64,000 bases of DNA. Origin: a virus. Shown here in pieces: positions 1-10,300 of this stretch. Position 1 is the first letter of the stretch, and each line of letters begins with the position of its first letter. Made by a program: the position numbers and the translations under genes. The stretch is from the IMG/VR virus record IMGVR_UViG_3300036851_000339, positions 6,483-70,482 of that record; one strand, written 5' to 3'. The notes under the pieces were generated by a model, which saw only the letters and a program-made list of their open reading frames with translations, did no database searches and was not told where the DNA came from.

Positions 1-1
1 C

Positions 2-796
2 ATGATGACCCTCTCCACGATTATCGCTATTGACGCTTGGAGACATGGCCAGGCTGCGGGTGCGGGTGTTCTGGATGACAGATCTCTCAACATCAATGGT
101 CTCTCAGAGGCGCTGAATGATGGTTTCCTGCCAAGCTGGGATGGGAACATCTTCAACACCTATGGATCTCAGGCGAGAAATGGCGCAGTAGAAGCAGCCT
201 TGAATAGCTCACCTTATTGGCTGGGTAACTCGAATGGATCTGCTGGGAAGATCACTTACGAGAAGATGGAAGATATGTACCAGATCGCTTCTCAGGGGAA
301 CCTCTCGCCAGATCTGGGTGTGACATCGAAGAGGGGTATGACTCTCATCAAGAACACCCTCCAGGTTCAGCAGAGATTCCAACAGGAGAGAGATCCCCGG
401 TATGGGTTTGAGGGTGTCCTTCTGAACTCGATGAGAATCACGAAGGATGACTATGCTCCTTCTGCTGCTCCGTCCGCTGGTGGAAGTGGTGGGAGTAACC
501 CGATCCTGGGGAACTGGACCACAGGCACTATTGCTTATGTTCCTCCTGCTGCTGCCAATATTGGGACTTTTCCAACTGCTGGCACAACTCTCACAGTCGC
601 TGAGGTCCTATTCATGTTGAATACCGATACCTGGATCTTGAGGGTCTCGGATGATGAAGAGTTCCAGTTTGGGTGGACAGGTTTTAAGCCTGGACAGGAT
701 AATACTAGAGTCTCAGGTCAGTCCTTGGCTGCTATCAACCTCGAAAATCCTGCTGCGAATCGTCTCAATATTCACGGCTACGGATTCAACTCCTAA
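2..796 (+). CDS. Major capsid protein, C-terminal part (5' truncated)
   Basis: HK97-like C-terminal pattern (PDLGVTS..QQRF..GFEG....ITKDDYAP; FMLNTDTWILRV; GFN end); lies before the head-completion genes. Confidence 0.75.
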   Translation: MMTLSTIIAIDAWRHGQAAGAGVLDDRSLNINGLSEALNDGFLPSWDGNIFNTYGSQARNGAVEAALNSSPYWLGNSNGSAGKITYEKMEDMYQIASQGNLSPDLGVTSKRGMTLIKNTLQVQQRFQQERDPRYGFEGVLLNSMRITKDDYAPSAAPSAGGSGGSNPILGNWTTGTIAYVPPAAANIGTFPTAGTTLTVAEVLFMLNTDTWILRVSDDEEFQFGWTGFKPGQDNTRVSGQSLAAINLENPAANRLNIHGYGFNS

Positions 797-809
797 TCCG
801 AGTACCAGA

Positions 810-855
810 GGGAGAGCAGTCGTCTTAGGATTCCTGCAACCGTATCACTGCGGGG
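810..855 (+). promoter_or_regulatory. Stem-loop after the capsid gene (possible attenuator or stabiliser)
   Basis: GGGAGAGC...GCTCTCCC inverted repeat in the intergenic gap. Confidence 0.35.
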
Positions 856-897
856 CTCTCCCTATAACTTTCATCTATACGGAAGGTCAAATAAGTT

Positions 898-1569
898 ATG
901 TTTCGTAGAAGTACTAACAACCCTTGGATTCCACCGGGTGGGATTAACTCTGGTTCCTTTCTCCAGATTGGTGGAGAAGATGTCGCTCCTGGTGTAGGAG
1001 CTAGATTCCCTGGTCAGATTGGTCAGACAGTTGTTCACTCCAATAAGACTGCCCTTCAGGATTCCTTCAAATCTCCAATCACTGGATTGACAGTTCCTCT
1101 TTTTGAGGGAGTGTATCAGTTGGTGAAGTGGGCTCCAGGCGTTACTACTCCGGCTAGAGGATCTCTAGTGTTTTGGAATACTCTCGCACTTAATGGTGTT
1201 CCGAACTTTGAGGTTACTACAGTTGCTTCATCGGTAGGCAACTTTCGAGCAGGTGTATGTCTGTTTACTGAAACAGTTGCCGCTGCTGGAAAGTTTACTT
1301 ATATACAGGTCGCAGGTTTAGCTAGTATATTGTTTGGGGCAGCTCCTTCAGCGAATCCTGGTCAACTTATTATCCAAGCCACTGCCGCCAATACTCCTTT
1401 GTTGACAGCAGTCACCGTTAACACCTTTGCAGATGGTCAGGCCATTCCAGCGGATGGAGCTAATCTTTTGAAGGCCATAGTTGGTCGTGGGTATGAGACT
1501 ACCAATACGGCCTCTGTCACTAATAGAGTTCTTATGGATCTCAATGGATTTGTTCCTAACATTGGGTAA
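898..1569 (+). CDS. Putative capsid decoration/cement protein
   Basis: Directly after the capsid gene; Gly/Ala/Thr-rich beta-type sequence with FTYIQVAGLA, a pattern typical of cement proteins. Confidence 0.5.
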   Translation: MFRRSTNNPWIPPGGINSGSFLQIGGEDVAPGVGARFPGQIGQTVVHSNKTALQDSFKSPITGLTVPLFEGVYQLVKWAPGVTTPARGSLVFWNTLALNGVPNFEVTTVASSVGNFRAGVCLFTETVAAAGKFTYIQVAGLASILFGAAPSANPGQLIIQATAANTPLLTAVTVNTFADGQAIPADGANLLKAIVGRGYETTNTASVTNRVLMDLNGFVPNIG

Positions 1570-1580
1570 GGAGTAACAAA

Positions 1581-1925
1581 ATGCCACTTACATTTACGCC
1601 AGTAAAAGGATCTGAATGGGAAGCTGGGAGACTGCGTGGCCGTACTTATGATGTCCAGTTTGATAATTCATATCTAACCACGGGTGAGCTATTGAATCCA
1701 GATGATGTTGGACTGCTAACTGTTCTAGGATGTCAATGTCTAGGAGTTCGTGGGTCAGGTGGAGGATCAACTACTGCTTATGCGGTTCCAGTATTCAACT
1801 TAGCTAATGGTAATCTTCAAGCATTCGAAACAGGTCTTGCTGTCGATACATTGCTTAGTGAAGTTACTACTGCTCAAGATCTTTCAGGTAACATCTATAG
1901 AATTATGTTCTATGGAATGGGTTAA
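1581..1925 (+). CDS. Small virion structural protein
   Basis: AGGAG RBS; structural operon context; FDNSYLTTGE motif. Confidence 0.5.
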   Translation: MPLTFTPVKGSEWEAGRLRGRTYDVQFDNSYLTTGELLNPDDVGLLTVLGCQCLGVRGSGGGSTTAYAVPVFNLANGNLQAFETGLAVDTLLSEVTTAQDLSGNIYRIMFYGMG

Positions 1926-1928
1926 TGG

Positions 1929-3134
1929 ATGTCCAACTTCCTGATCTACACCAATAAACTCCGTCAATGGGTTTCTTCTCTTGCGCCAGAGCAGGCAGAA
2001 GACTTCATCAATGACGCTTGGCGTGACATAAGAGAGGCCAATGATAGTTGGTCTTTCCTCTTAGGCACGGAGTATTGGCTTGCTCCAGGAAGTATTAACC
2101 TGACTAACATAGGAGTTACTCAATTTAGTAACGTAGTAACATTAAATCATAGTGTTATCGTATCAATTGCTAACTTGAATAATCCTCCTATAACACAACG
2201 TCAACTCAGGTTTGGACTAAGTGGTGGACCTATATACGAAATAGCAGCCACTGATGTCCAGCAAGTGGGTGGAGGGACCATTAACTTAGGGACGGATGAT
2301 CTAATCATCTTGAGTGGCCCCTTCGATCCATCTCACGTAAATAGGCTGATAGTGGTGGCGGGAGCAGGACCGGGGGGCTCTGATCTCAACACCACTATTC
2401 TTGCCTATGTGAGTCCTACTCAAGTTCAGTTGGCTGTGAATGCCTCTACTAGTGTGGTAGCAGCGACCGTGACTTGGGGATCAACAATCACTCTTGCCAG
2501 AAACTTCAACGAGCAGACGAACCTCAACGCTAATGCCCTGCTCTATAGGGTCTACTACTCTCCTCTCACTATAGACTTCCAGCGACTCGATCATCTGACG
2601 GACCCCATCACTGGATATGAGTTTGGGTATGAGGTTTATTCGATTGATGATCTTGACAGAAAGGACCCTCAAAGATCTTCTGTCACTGAGCCATATGAGT
2701 TATACCTGCACCACTTCGACTCTCTGACTGGCCTACCTGTCTATGAGTTGTGGCCGGGTCCAACTATTGAGAGAGCATATGTCGTTACTTTCTGGAAGTT
2801 GGGGATGCCCTTCTCCGCTGATAGCGACAGTTTACCTCCTCAGATCCCTGAAAAACTTCTCCTTCTAAGAGCAAGACTCCTCGCCTATGAGTGGGGAGAG
2901 GTGAATGATTCTGATCCACGAAAGAGACAAAGCTACGCCAGCGCTAAAAACTATGTCAGGAACAAGTATTCCACTGAAGGCCAACCTGGAAGACCACTAG
3001 GCGAACTCGATCAGGCAATGAGAAAAGATGAGAACATCTTGATCCAGGCGAGATTGAGACCAAGAAGACCCGGATCGGGATGGCCAGTTGATAGTAACTT
3101 CCTACAACGACACGCCTTCCCACAAGGATGGTAA
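1929..3134 (+). CDS. Head-tail adaptor-like protein with inserted beta-rich domain
   Basis: N-terminal FINDAWRDI..WSFL helix and YELWPGPT motif typical of podovirus adaptors. Confidence 0.55.
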   Translation: MSNFLIYTNKLRQWVSSLAPEQAEDFINDAWRDIREANDSWSFLLGTEYWLAPGSINLTNIGVTQFSNVVTLNHSVIVSIANLNNPPITQRQLRFGLSGGPIYEIAATDVQQVGGGTINLGTDDLIILSGPFDPSHVNRLIVVAGAGPGGSDLNTTILAYVSPTQVQLAVNASTSVVAATVTWGSTITLARNFNEQTNLNANALLYRVYYSPLTIDFQRLDHLTDPITGYEFGYEVYSIDDLDRKDPQRSSVTEPYELYLHHFDSLTGLPVYELWPGPTIERAYVVTFWKLGMPFSADSDSLPPQIPEKLLLLRARLLAYEWGEVNDSDPRKRQSYASAKNYVRNKYSTEGQPGRPLGELDQAMRKDENILIQARLRPRRPGSGWPVDSNFLQRHAFPQGW

Positions 3135-3165
3135 GAGTAACAAAAGTAACATAAGGAGTAACAAA

Positions 3166-3558
3166 ATGCCTAAAGGAAATGAATACGCATATGGAGCGGG
3201 ACCTGGTGGAGGCACTGGTAATATGCATGGTCAGATAGCCTCTCCATTGCAACTCTGCAAACATGACATAACAGCAAATAGTGGAAGTGGGCAGAAGGGT
3301 GGTGAGCCTAATGGTCCCTTTGGGTCCTATAGCCAATCATCGAGTCCTCTTCCCATCACCACGAGAGATAGTCTTCCTGGAGCTCCTCAACAGGGCTTTG
3401 GGAATCTAGGTGGAGCTCAGGCGAGAGTGGTTACGCCAATGGACACTGCTCCAACTCTTCCAGGTGTGACTGGACAATCGAGTGGGACTGGTTCGACAGG
3501 TGGTGGAAAGATCAGCTCTCCATTCAGCTCGCCCTGGGGTGAATCAGTTGGTGGCTAA
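3166..3558 (+). CDS. Gly/Ser/Pro-rich low-complexity protein
   Basis: AGGAG RBS before ATG 3166, which I prefer over the 3088 start in the ORF track. Confidence 0.55.
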   Translation: MPKGNEYAYGAGPGGGTGNMHGQIASPLQLCKHDITANSGSGQKGGEPNGPFGSYSQSSSPLPITTRDSLPGAPQQGFGNLGGAQARVVTPMDTAPTLPGVTGQSSGTGSTGGGKISSPFSSPWGESVGG

Positions 3559-3568
3559 GAGGTAGACG

Positions 3569-5185
3569 ATGGCTAGAGGTAGGATTTCAGGATGGGTAGA
3601 ACAGGGTGGTAATGAAGTCACAACAGATGGCCGTGACTCAACCACCCTCGTTCAAAAATCATTCCCAGGCGCAACAGTTACAGTCTTCAATGCTGGAACT
3701 GTTGTCCTGGCTACTATCTTCTCAACAGAGGGTGGTGTTCCTCTAGCCAATCCCTTTATAGCTGATGATGATGGATTCTGGGGATTCTGGACTGATGTCG
3801 GCAGATATGATGTTCAGTTCAGTGGGGCTGGCATCGAGACTCCATTTACGATCTTCGCTCTGGAAGCTGTTCTCTCTGGTGAGGGAATAGTTGATCCTGG
3901 AACGAATGGATATCTTGTTAGAACCGCTGTCAACACCGCAGTCACTCGAACCCTCACTGGAACCGCTAATAGAATAGTCATCGTTAATGGGGATGGGCAA
4001 GGTGGGAACTCGGTCTTTGACATAGGCTCGACTGTTGCTACGAGTGGGAATAACTTGAGTTTCTTCTCTGCCACGACCTCAGCACAACTGGCGGCAGTCA
4101 TAACAAATGAGACTGGGACTGGAGTGTTGGTCTTCAATGTGTCTCCTGCTCTCACGACTCCTGCCATAACAGGTGGAACTCATATTGCCATCACTTCCCT
4201 TGGGATAAGATCAACTGGAACTGGAGCCTTCGATCTCACTTTTGCCAATACTGAGAACCTGACTGCGGGGAGAACACTCACATTCACACTGAATAATGTT
4301 AATAGAACTATCAGTCTAAATGGCAATCTAACAACCGCCAACTCATTCACGACCGCTGGAAACAATGCCCTCACATTGACTACTACAGCCGGAACGAATG
4401 TCACCCTTCCAGTTACGGGAACTCTAGCGACTTTAGCTGGAACAGAGACTCTCACAAATAAAACTCTCACAAGTCCAAGAGTGGGAACAGCTATTCTCGA
4501 CACGAATGGAAATGAGATAGTAAGAACTCCAGCTACTGGATCTGCGGTTAATGATGTTACTGTAACTAACGCTATTACAGGTGGAACTCCATCTATAAGC
4601 GCTAGTGGTGATGATCCTAATGTCAATCTTAGAGTCGCTGGCAAGGGAACAGGCAGAGTCATAATTCCAGGTTATGCTTATGCTTTAGATGTCACTAGCA
4701 ATGTTGTTGGGAATGTTACAGGTGGGCTTGACGCTCTTAATTCATTCACCATTGTTGCTGATACTCTTGCGGCTAATAATGATTTTATAGAGTTTGCATA
4801 TGGTGGGCGGTTTGCCACTAACGACAATCAAAAACGAATAGTGCTTACAATTGATGGTCAGACTATATATGATAGTAGCCTTTTTGATTTTGATGGAGTA
4901 GGAGCAGCAAATCAATGGTCCCTTTATGGTAATATAATAAGAATTTCAGCTACTTCTGTAATCATAAGTGGTACTATCATGTTAGGTGAACTTTTTGTAG
5001 ATGGCACCCCAAGTCTTGGTGGAAATGCCCTAATTAGAGGACTAAATGTTACACTGACTGTATCTAATTTGGATACTCTTCCGGTTATACTATTGCTGTC
5101 CGCAGAATCGGCAGGTCCTCCAGGACCAGTAGATAATGATATAACTAAGACTAACTCTGTAATTAAGGTTACGCAAAGAACATAA
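3569..5185 (+). CDS. Tail fibre / receptor-binding protein
   Basis: N-terminal head-binding-like domain (GATVTVFNAGT..LANPF..G.WGFW); Thr/Gly-rich fibre motifs (ETGTGVLVF, GTETLTNKTLTSP). Confidence 0.7.
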   Translation: MARGRISGWVEQGGNEVTTDGRDSTTLVQKSFPGATVTVFNAGTVVLATIFSTEGGVPLANPFIADDDGFWGFWTDVGRYDVQFSGAGIETPFTIFALEAVLSGEGIVDPGTNGYLVRTAVNTAVTRTLTGTANRIVIVNGDGQGGNSVFDIGSTVATSGNNLSFFSATTSAQLAAVITNETGTGVLVFNVSPALTTPAITGGTHIAITSLGIRSTGTGAFDLTFANTENLTAGRTLTFTLNNVNRTISLNGNLTTANSFTTAGNNALTLTTTAGTNVTLPVTGTLATLAGTETLTNKTLTSPRVGTAILDTNGNEIVRTPATGSAVNDVTVTNAITGGTPSISASGDDPNVNLRVAGKGTGRVIIPGYAYALDVTSNVVGNVTGGLDALNSFTIVADTLAANNDFIEFAYGGRFATNDNQKRIVLTIDGQTIYDSSLFDFDGVGAANQWSLYGNIIRISATSVIISGTIMLGELFVDGTPSLGGNALIRGLNVTLTVSNLDTLPVILLLSAESAGPPGPVDNDITKTNSVIKVTQRT

Positions 5186-5200
5186 CTTCCCCCTGAAAGG

Positions 5201-5437
5201 GTGGACATGAGTGTAAGGTCAATGATGGAACATAATAAAGACACGACAGCATGGGGAGGTGTAAGTGCAATGTTGGCTATTATGGGATCTGACATATTAA
5301 ATGCGATCATGATCCCGATGGCTGGATGGCTTGCTGTTTATTTACTTAAGAAGGCAGTTTTATACCTAGAAGGAATAGCTAAAAACTGGTGGAATAATAG
5401 GAAGACTAAAATAACAACCAGTAACGAGAAGGAGTAA
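5201..5437 (+). CDS. Small membrane protein, holin-like
   Basis: One or two hydrophobic segments and a basic C-terminus. Confidence 0.4.
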   Translation: MDMSVRSMMEHNKDTTAWGGVSAMLAIMGSDILNAIMIPMAGWLAVYLLKKAVLYLEGIAKNWWNNRKTKITTSNEKE

Positions 5438-5438
5438 C

Positions 5439-5951
5439 ATGAAGAGAGTATTTATATTTTTGGTTATGGCCCTGGCATCGACAGCGGTCTTTGCACAAGA
5501 GCAGAAATTCAAGGTAGGAGTGTTCGCCACGGCTAGCGAGATCCGAAGTCTATTCCCTGACAGCTTTGGGGCTGAAGCCACGAACTACAATCCCAACATT
5601 TCAGCGGAGTTGATGGGAACTATTGCCAAAGCAGGTGATTTTAGGTTCTCCAGTGGCATCAACTATCGCCGAAACTTCAGCACGGATACTGACACCTATT
5701 TCCTGGCTGGTCAGATCTCTTATCACAAGAGCGTCTTTGAACCATTCGCCAGATTCAACGCGGGTGTGGATAGGATCAAGATTGGTGAGACCTCGACCAG
5801 GACAACCTTCTCACGAGAGATACTTCTAGGAGCTGATCTCAACTTCGGGAAGATCTATTTTCGTCCTGTCGCTGTTGGATTCAAAAGAACTGGTGAGTTC
5901 CTTGCTCCTGCTGAGAGGACTTTTCAATCGGGTTTAGGGTTTAATTTCTAG
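5439..5951 (+). CDS. Secreted outer-membrane beta-barrel-like protein
   Basis: Sec signal peptide (MKRVFIFLVMALASTAVFA-Q); amphipathic beta strands; C-terminal GLGFNF BAM-type signature. Confidence 0.7.
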   Translation: MKRVFIFLVMALASTAVFAQEQKFKVGVFATASEIRSLFPDSFGAEATNYNPNISAELMGTIAKAGDFRFSSGINYRRNFSTDTDTYFLAGQISYHKSVFEPFARFNAGVDRIKIGETSTRTTFSREILLGADLNFGKIYFRPVAVGFKRTGEFLAPAERTFQSGLGFNF

Positions 5952-5962
5952 AATGATAAATC

Positions 5963-7339
5963 ATGGCCTACAATTCCGTTACATTCTCAGAGGCCAAGCA
6001 ACGTTTGGCGAACGAGTTGGGTGATCCCAACAAAGTTTTCTGGACCGATCAGGAACTTGGTCGGTACATTATAGAAGCTCTGCGTTTCTGGGGATTGTCG
6101 GCTCAATACTTTCGAGAGACTGCTCAGTTAAAGACTATCGCTGGGCAGTCTTTCTATCATGTAGAGACAGATCTTTTTGACGGAACTGGCACAACACTTC
6201 TTCAAGGACTCACAGTCACTGATCGAGAGCTGATCAATGACATGAATTATGCTCTGATGGAGCCGCAGATCTCTAACTGGCCTGGAGGTTGGGTTGGGAC
6301 CGAGATGTTCTCCCTCAATGAGATTACTCAAACTGTTCAAGAGTCAAGAGACGAGTTCCTCAAACTCACAGCCTGCATCGCTAGTGGGTATGACCTCATT
6401 ACCACCCAATCAAGAGTCACTCTCCCCTCTAACCACATCAGGATATTAAGAGCTGATATCAATGAGCAGGGATCGAATGGGCCTCTGCCTATGTGGGTTG
6501 TTGACCAGGTTCAACTTCAGACGACCACCAGATCCGCAATCGTTCCAGGTGGAGGAAGACCAAAAGCCTATGCCATCTCTTACTCTCCCCAACTAACGCT
6601 GGATCTCTGGCCGAAACCTTCAGTGAGTTCGACCTTGAATATTCAGGGGATCTTGACAGGAGCGACACTTGATCCAGTCAACACCTCCACTGTTCTTCTT
6701 GTACCAGATGACGCTTCCGTGATCCTAAAATATCGAAGCCTCATAGATCTCTTCTCCGGTGATGGTCTCGCTAGATGTCCGGCGATGGCTCAATATTGTG
6801 AGCAAAGATATATGGATGGACTGGAAGCAATGGCCAACTACCTCTCCATTATGTGGGTGGATGATGGGAGAAGAACACCAGTCACATCAGTAGCACAGTT
6901 CGATCAAGTTAGACCAGAGTGGAGAAGAGGAACACCTGGAGCTCCCAAGAGTGTGGCTCAATTGAATTGGAACACCATCGCCGTGAGACCTGTTCCAGAC
7001 AAGCAGTACACGCTGACATTTGAGAGTGTGAGAAAAGCCATTCTCCCTACCTCCGATGCCGACTTCATTCAGGTCGGAAGAGAATCAATGCCTGCCATCT
7101 ATGATTATGCCCAACATGTAGCTCTGGTGAAAAGTCAAGGGCAAGAGTTCGAGGTGAGTATGGCTAGATACGCATCGGCTAAGCAGATGGCTCAAGAATA
7201 TCGCCTACAGTTGGCCTCTCAGAGCTATCTTTATCAAGCCACTCAACTCCCCTCTCTCCAAGAGCGCTGGTATAGGCCCATTCGGAAAGCATCAGGTGTT
7301 CAGGCGTCTAGCGAAGATCGCCAACAGGTGGAGGCTTAA
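5963..7339 (+). CDS. Tail adaptor/connector protein with two repeated domains
   Basis: FWTDQELGRYIIEAL motif; repeated G.P..Y..LWPKP and G.P....VRPVP modules. Confidence 0.6.
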   Translation: MAYNSVTFSEAKQRLANELGDPNKVFWTDQELGRYIIEALRFWGLSAQYFRETAQLKTIAGQSFYHVETDLFDGTGTTLLQGLTVTDRELINDMNYALMEPQISNWPGGWVGTEMFSLNEITQTVQESRDEFLKLTACIASGYDLITTQSRVTLPSNHIRILRADINEQGSNGPLPMWVVDQVQLQTTTRSAIVPGGGRPKAYAISYSPQLTLDLWPKPSVSSTLNIQGILTGATLDPVNTSTVLLVPDDASVILKYRSLIDLFSGDGLARCPAMAQYCEQRYMDGLEAMANYLSIMWVDDGRRTPVTSVAQFDQVRPEWRRGTPGAPKSVAQLNWNTIAVRPVPDKQYTLTFESVRKAILPTSDADFIQVGRESMPAIYDYAQHVALVKSQGQEFEVSMARYASAKQMAQEYRLQLASQSYLYQATQLPSLQERWYRPIRKASGVQASSEDRQQVEA

Positions 7340-10300
7340 ATGGCTGAGTACAATGGAAAACCCCAAATCCTCACCAAAAGAGGGATGAACGTCACACTTC
7401 CAGGAGATAGGCTGACTCAGGAATGGTTCCAGTATCTCGAAAACATGAGAAGCTACCTCATCGGGGAGTGGAGACAGAGACCAGGAACGGAACAGTTATT
7501 CGATGTTGATGAGTCTATCTATCACATTACTAGACTCAATAATAACAACAGCGGAACCTTTAGAAGGTTTGTTGGTACGACTAATGGAAATGTTTATGTA
7601 GATAATGCCGCTCATAACAGCGCATCAATAGCCGACTCTGGCTATGGGGGCAAGGAGTACAGCTCTGTCATATCTAGACCTGATAGATCAACAGAGCCAT
7701 ACCTATTTATAGGTAGTGATCTTAGGAATGGGAAGTTCGATACAGTTGGCGCTCGTACTGAGTGGGGCCTATCTGCTCCTATACAACCTTTGGAGGCTAA
7801 TTTTCTTGGGGCTAACTACAAAATAGCCTCTCATCTTTATTTTCCGCCTGGAGCTGTCGTTTTTGAGGGGACAACAACCTATACTCCAAGTTCTGGAGCA
7901 ATAGGCACATCGTCCAGAACTTCCAACATATTTCCACTGACTGCGTTCTATGATAATGGAGGAATCAATACTCCTCCAGGCATGGCCTCTATCACTTTGA
8001 CCTCTCAAGTCTTCCCTCCCTGGACTGATCAGTTGCAGCCGGGGATGTTCATTGATTTTGTCTTTAGATTTGGTGGGCCTCCCGCAAGTCAAGTCTACTT
8101 TGGCCGCACTATTGTAGAGGAAGTTATCTTCCCTATAGCTAATACTGCTATAACTGCTATAGCTTATGATACTGGATCTACGGGACCATGCAGTATAACT
8201 CTGCAATCTCCCACTGAGGGATTGAAGAGGAACTGTCTGGTTAATGTTAATGGACAAACTACTAGAGTCCTTTCAGTTACTAGAGATCAAGATGGTATTC
8301 CATCCTTTAGGTGTGATCTTCCATTTACGGCTATAGTGGGTATGCCTGTGACTGGAGTGTACTGCTTCAGGGCTTATATAGATACTACTTGGATTGTCGG
8401 AAGCGCCCCTCTTACTACCTATGCCACTTCCGGCGTATGGGACTGGACAGGCATTACGGCTGGTCTTCAGACTGCTACAGCCACTAGAAGCGATTTCAAT
8501 TTAGCTGTAACAGAAGTACCTCAAGGAGGAATCAACGAAATAAGATCCTTTCAGGCGGATGATATATTTCATATATCTATCAATGCTAATTATGGGGCAG
8601 TATCTGAGATACAAGTTCAGTTCGATGTAAATGATGGAACATTTACCCAGAACTATTATTTTCTAGCTATTCGTCCACCTGATCTGTTTGGGTCATACAT
8701 CCAGAACCAAGTGGCGATCATGTCTCAACAGAACCAAGTTACGATAGATCAGTTGGATAAATTTGTTCAAGATGAACTATTAAGAGCTGAGAAAATATAT
8801 CCTCCACAGGATTACGAAGCTATAGGAGATATAGCTAGACAATTTCTTGATACTGTCAACATTGATGCTAGCACTGGACTAGTTGTGGGTAGTGGATCTG
8901 GAACTGTATCTGTGACCAACAACTCCGGTACTGGTCAATGGGCTGAGATCTTTGTTCCAATAGGCCAATTCCAAAGAGTGGGAACTGGTATATTTGATTG
9001 GTCGAATGTTCAGGCTGTTAGAGTAACTGTCAATGCTACTACTACTACAAGTATCTCATTTGGTAGCCTCTACATCAGAGGAACCTATGGGCCTAACTCC
9101 AAAGATATTCCCCCTTATACTTATACTTACAGAGCTAGAAATACTCTGACTGGAGCTAGATCTAACCCATCTCCTCCTACTCGTTATACAACTGACATAT
9201 ATAGGGGATTGGTTGAGTTGACCATTCCACCCTATCCTGATCCACAAGCTGATGTTATAGATATATTCCGACAGGGAGGTGTTCTAACTACACCTCAACT
9301 AACAGCTACGATTCCATCTTCACAGGCCAGCGTCTTTGATATCTTGCCTGACTCTATAGCTATTCGTAACCCAACCATCGAGGTGGATAGATTCAAGCCT
9401 TGGATCTCTTCAGATTTCCCTCTCCAAGGAGTCTGCAACACAGCGGGGACCAGCGTTCTTCGCCAGAGTGGAGATGTATTCGATACTAGATGGATTCGTG
9501 GGACACAGATAATCATCGGAGATAGGGTTTATAGTATCTATACCAATCCAGCATCGACTGATTTTCTAACGCTGAATGAGTCTGCTGGAGCGCAAACCAA
9601 TGTTCCCTTCTATGTTCCAGAGCCGATACTGGATGGGCAGACTTATCTTGCAGTCTTTGGTCCTTATGCTGGAGCCACTGGGGAGTTCATCTTCGCTGTA
9701 GGAGATCCTCGAAATCCTGGATATATATACTGGACTAATGGGAATGATATTGAGTCAACCTCTGATGTGAACTCCCTCGAACTCTGTAACCCCTCAGAGA
9801 CCCTCATGAATGGATGTGTCCTTGATGGAATCGTCTACTGCTTCTCCGATAAGAGAGCTTGGAGAATCTTGCCATCATTCACTGGAGGACAGACTGGAGG
9901 GGGATCGGACTTCTACCCACAGGAAACAGCAATAGGGAAAGGGCTTTGCTCAAGGTGGGGGCTTGCTGTTGGGGATGCGATCTACTTCGTCTCTTATGAT
10001 GGAGTTTATAGATCGAGAGGAGATGCGATAGAGAGTTTGACTGATGAGAGCCTTGCTCCCTTATTCAGAAGAGATGGAGTCAATACCTCATTCCAGGTTC
10101 CAGTTTCTCCACTCGACCTCACCCAGCCTGATGAGATCTCCCTGATCTATTCCTATGATGGGCTCTATCTCCACTTCCTGGGAATAGATGGCGTTAGGTA
10201 TGTTGGGTATATGTCTTTCCTCACTGGTGGATGGACCTTCGACACCATCATAGGAGACGCAATCATCAGGTCATCGAGAGAGATTCAGTCAACTACTCAA

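Noticed and set aside
3743-5310. Long antisense ORFs over the tail fibre gene
   Set aside because: Shadow frames of Thr/Gly-rich codons with no RBS or recognisable motifs
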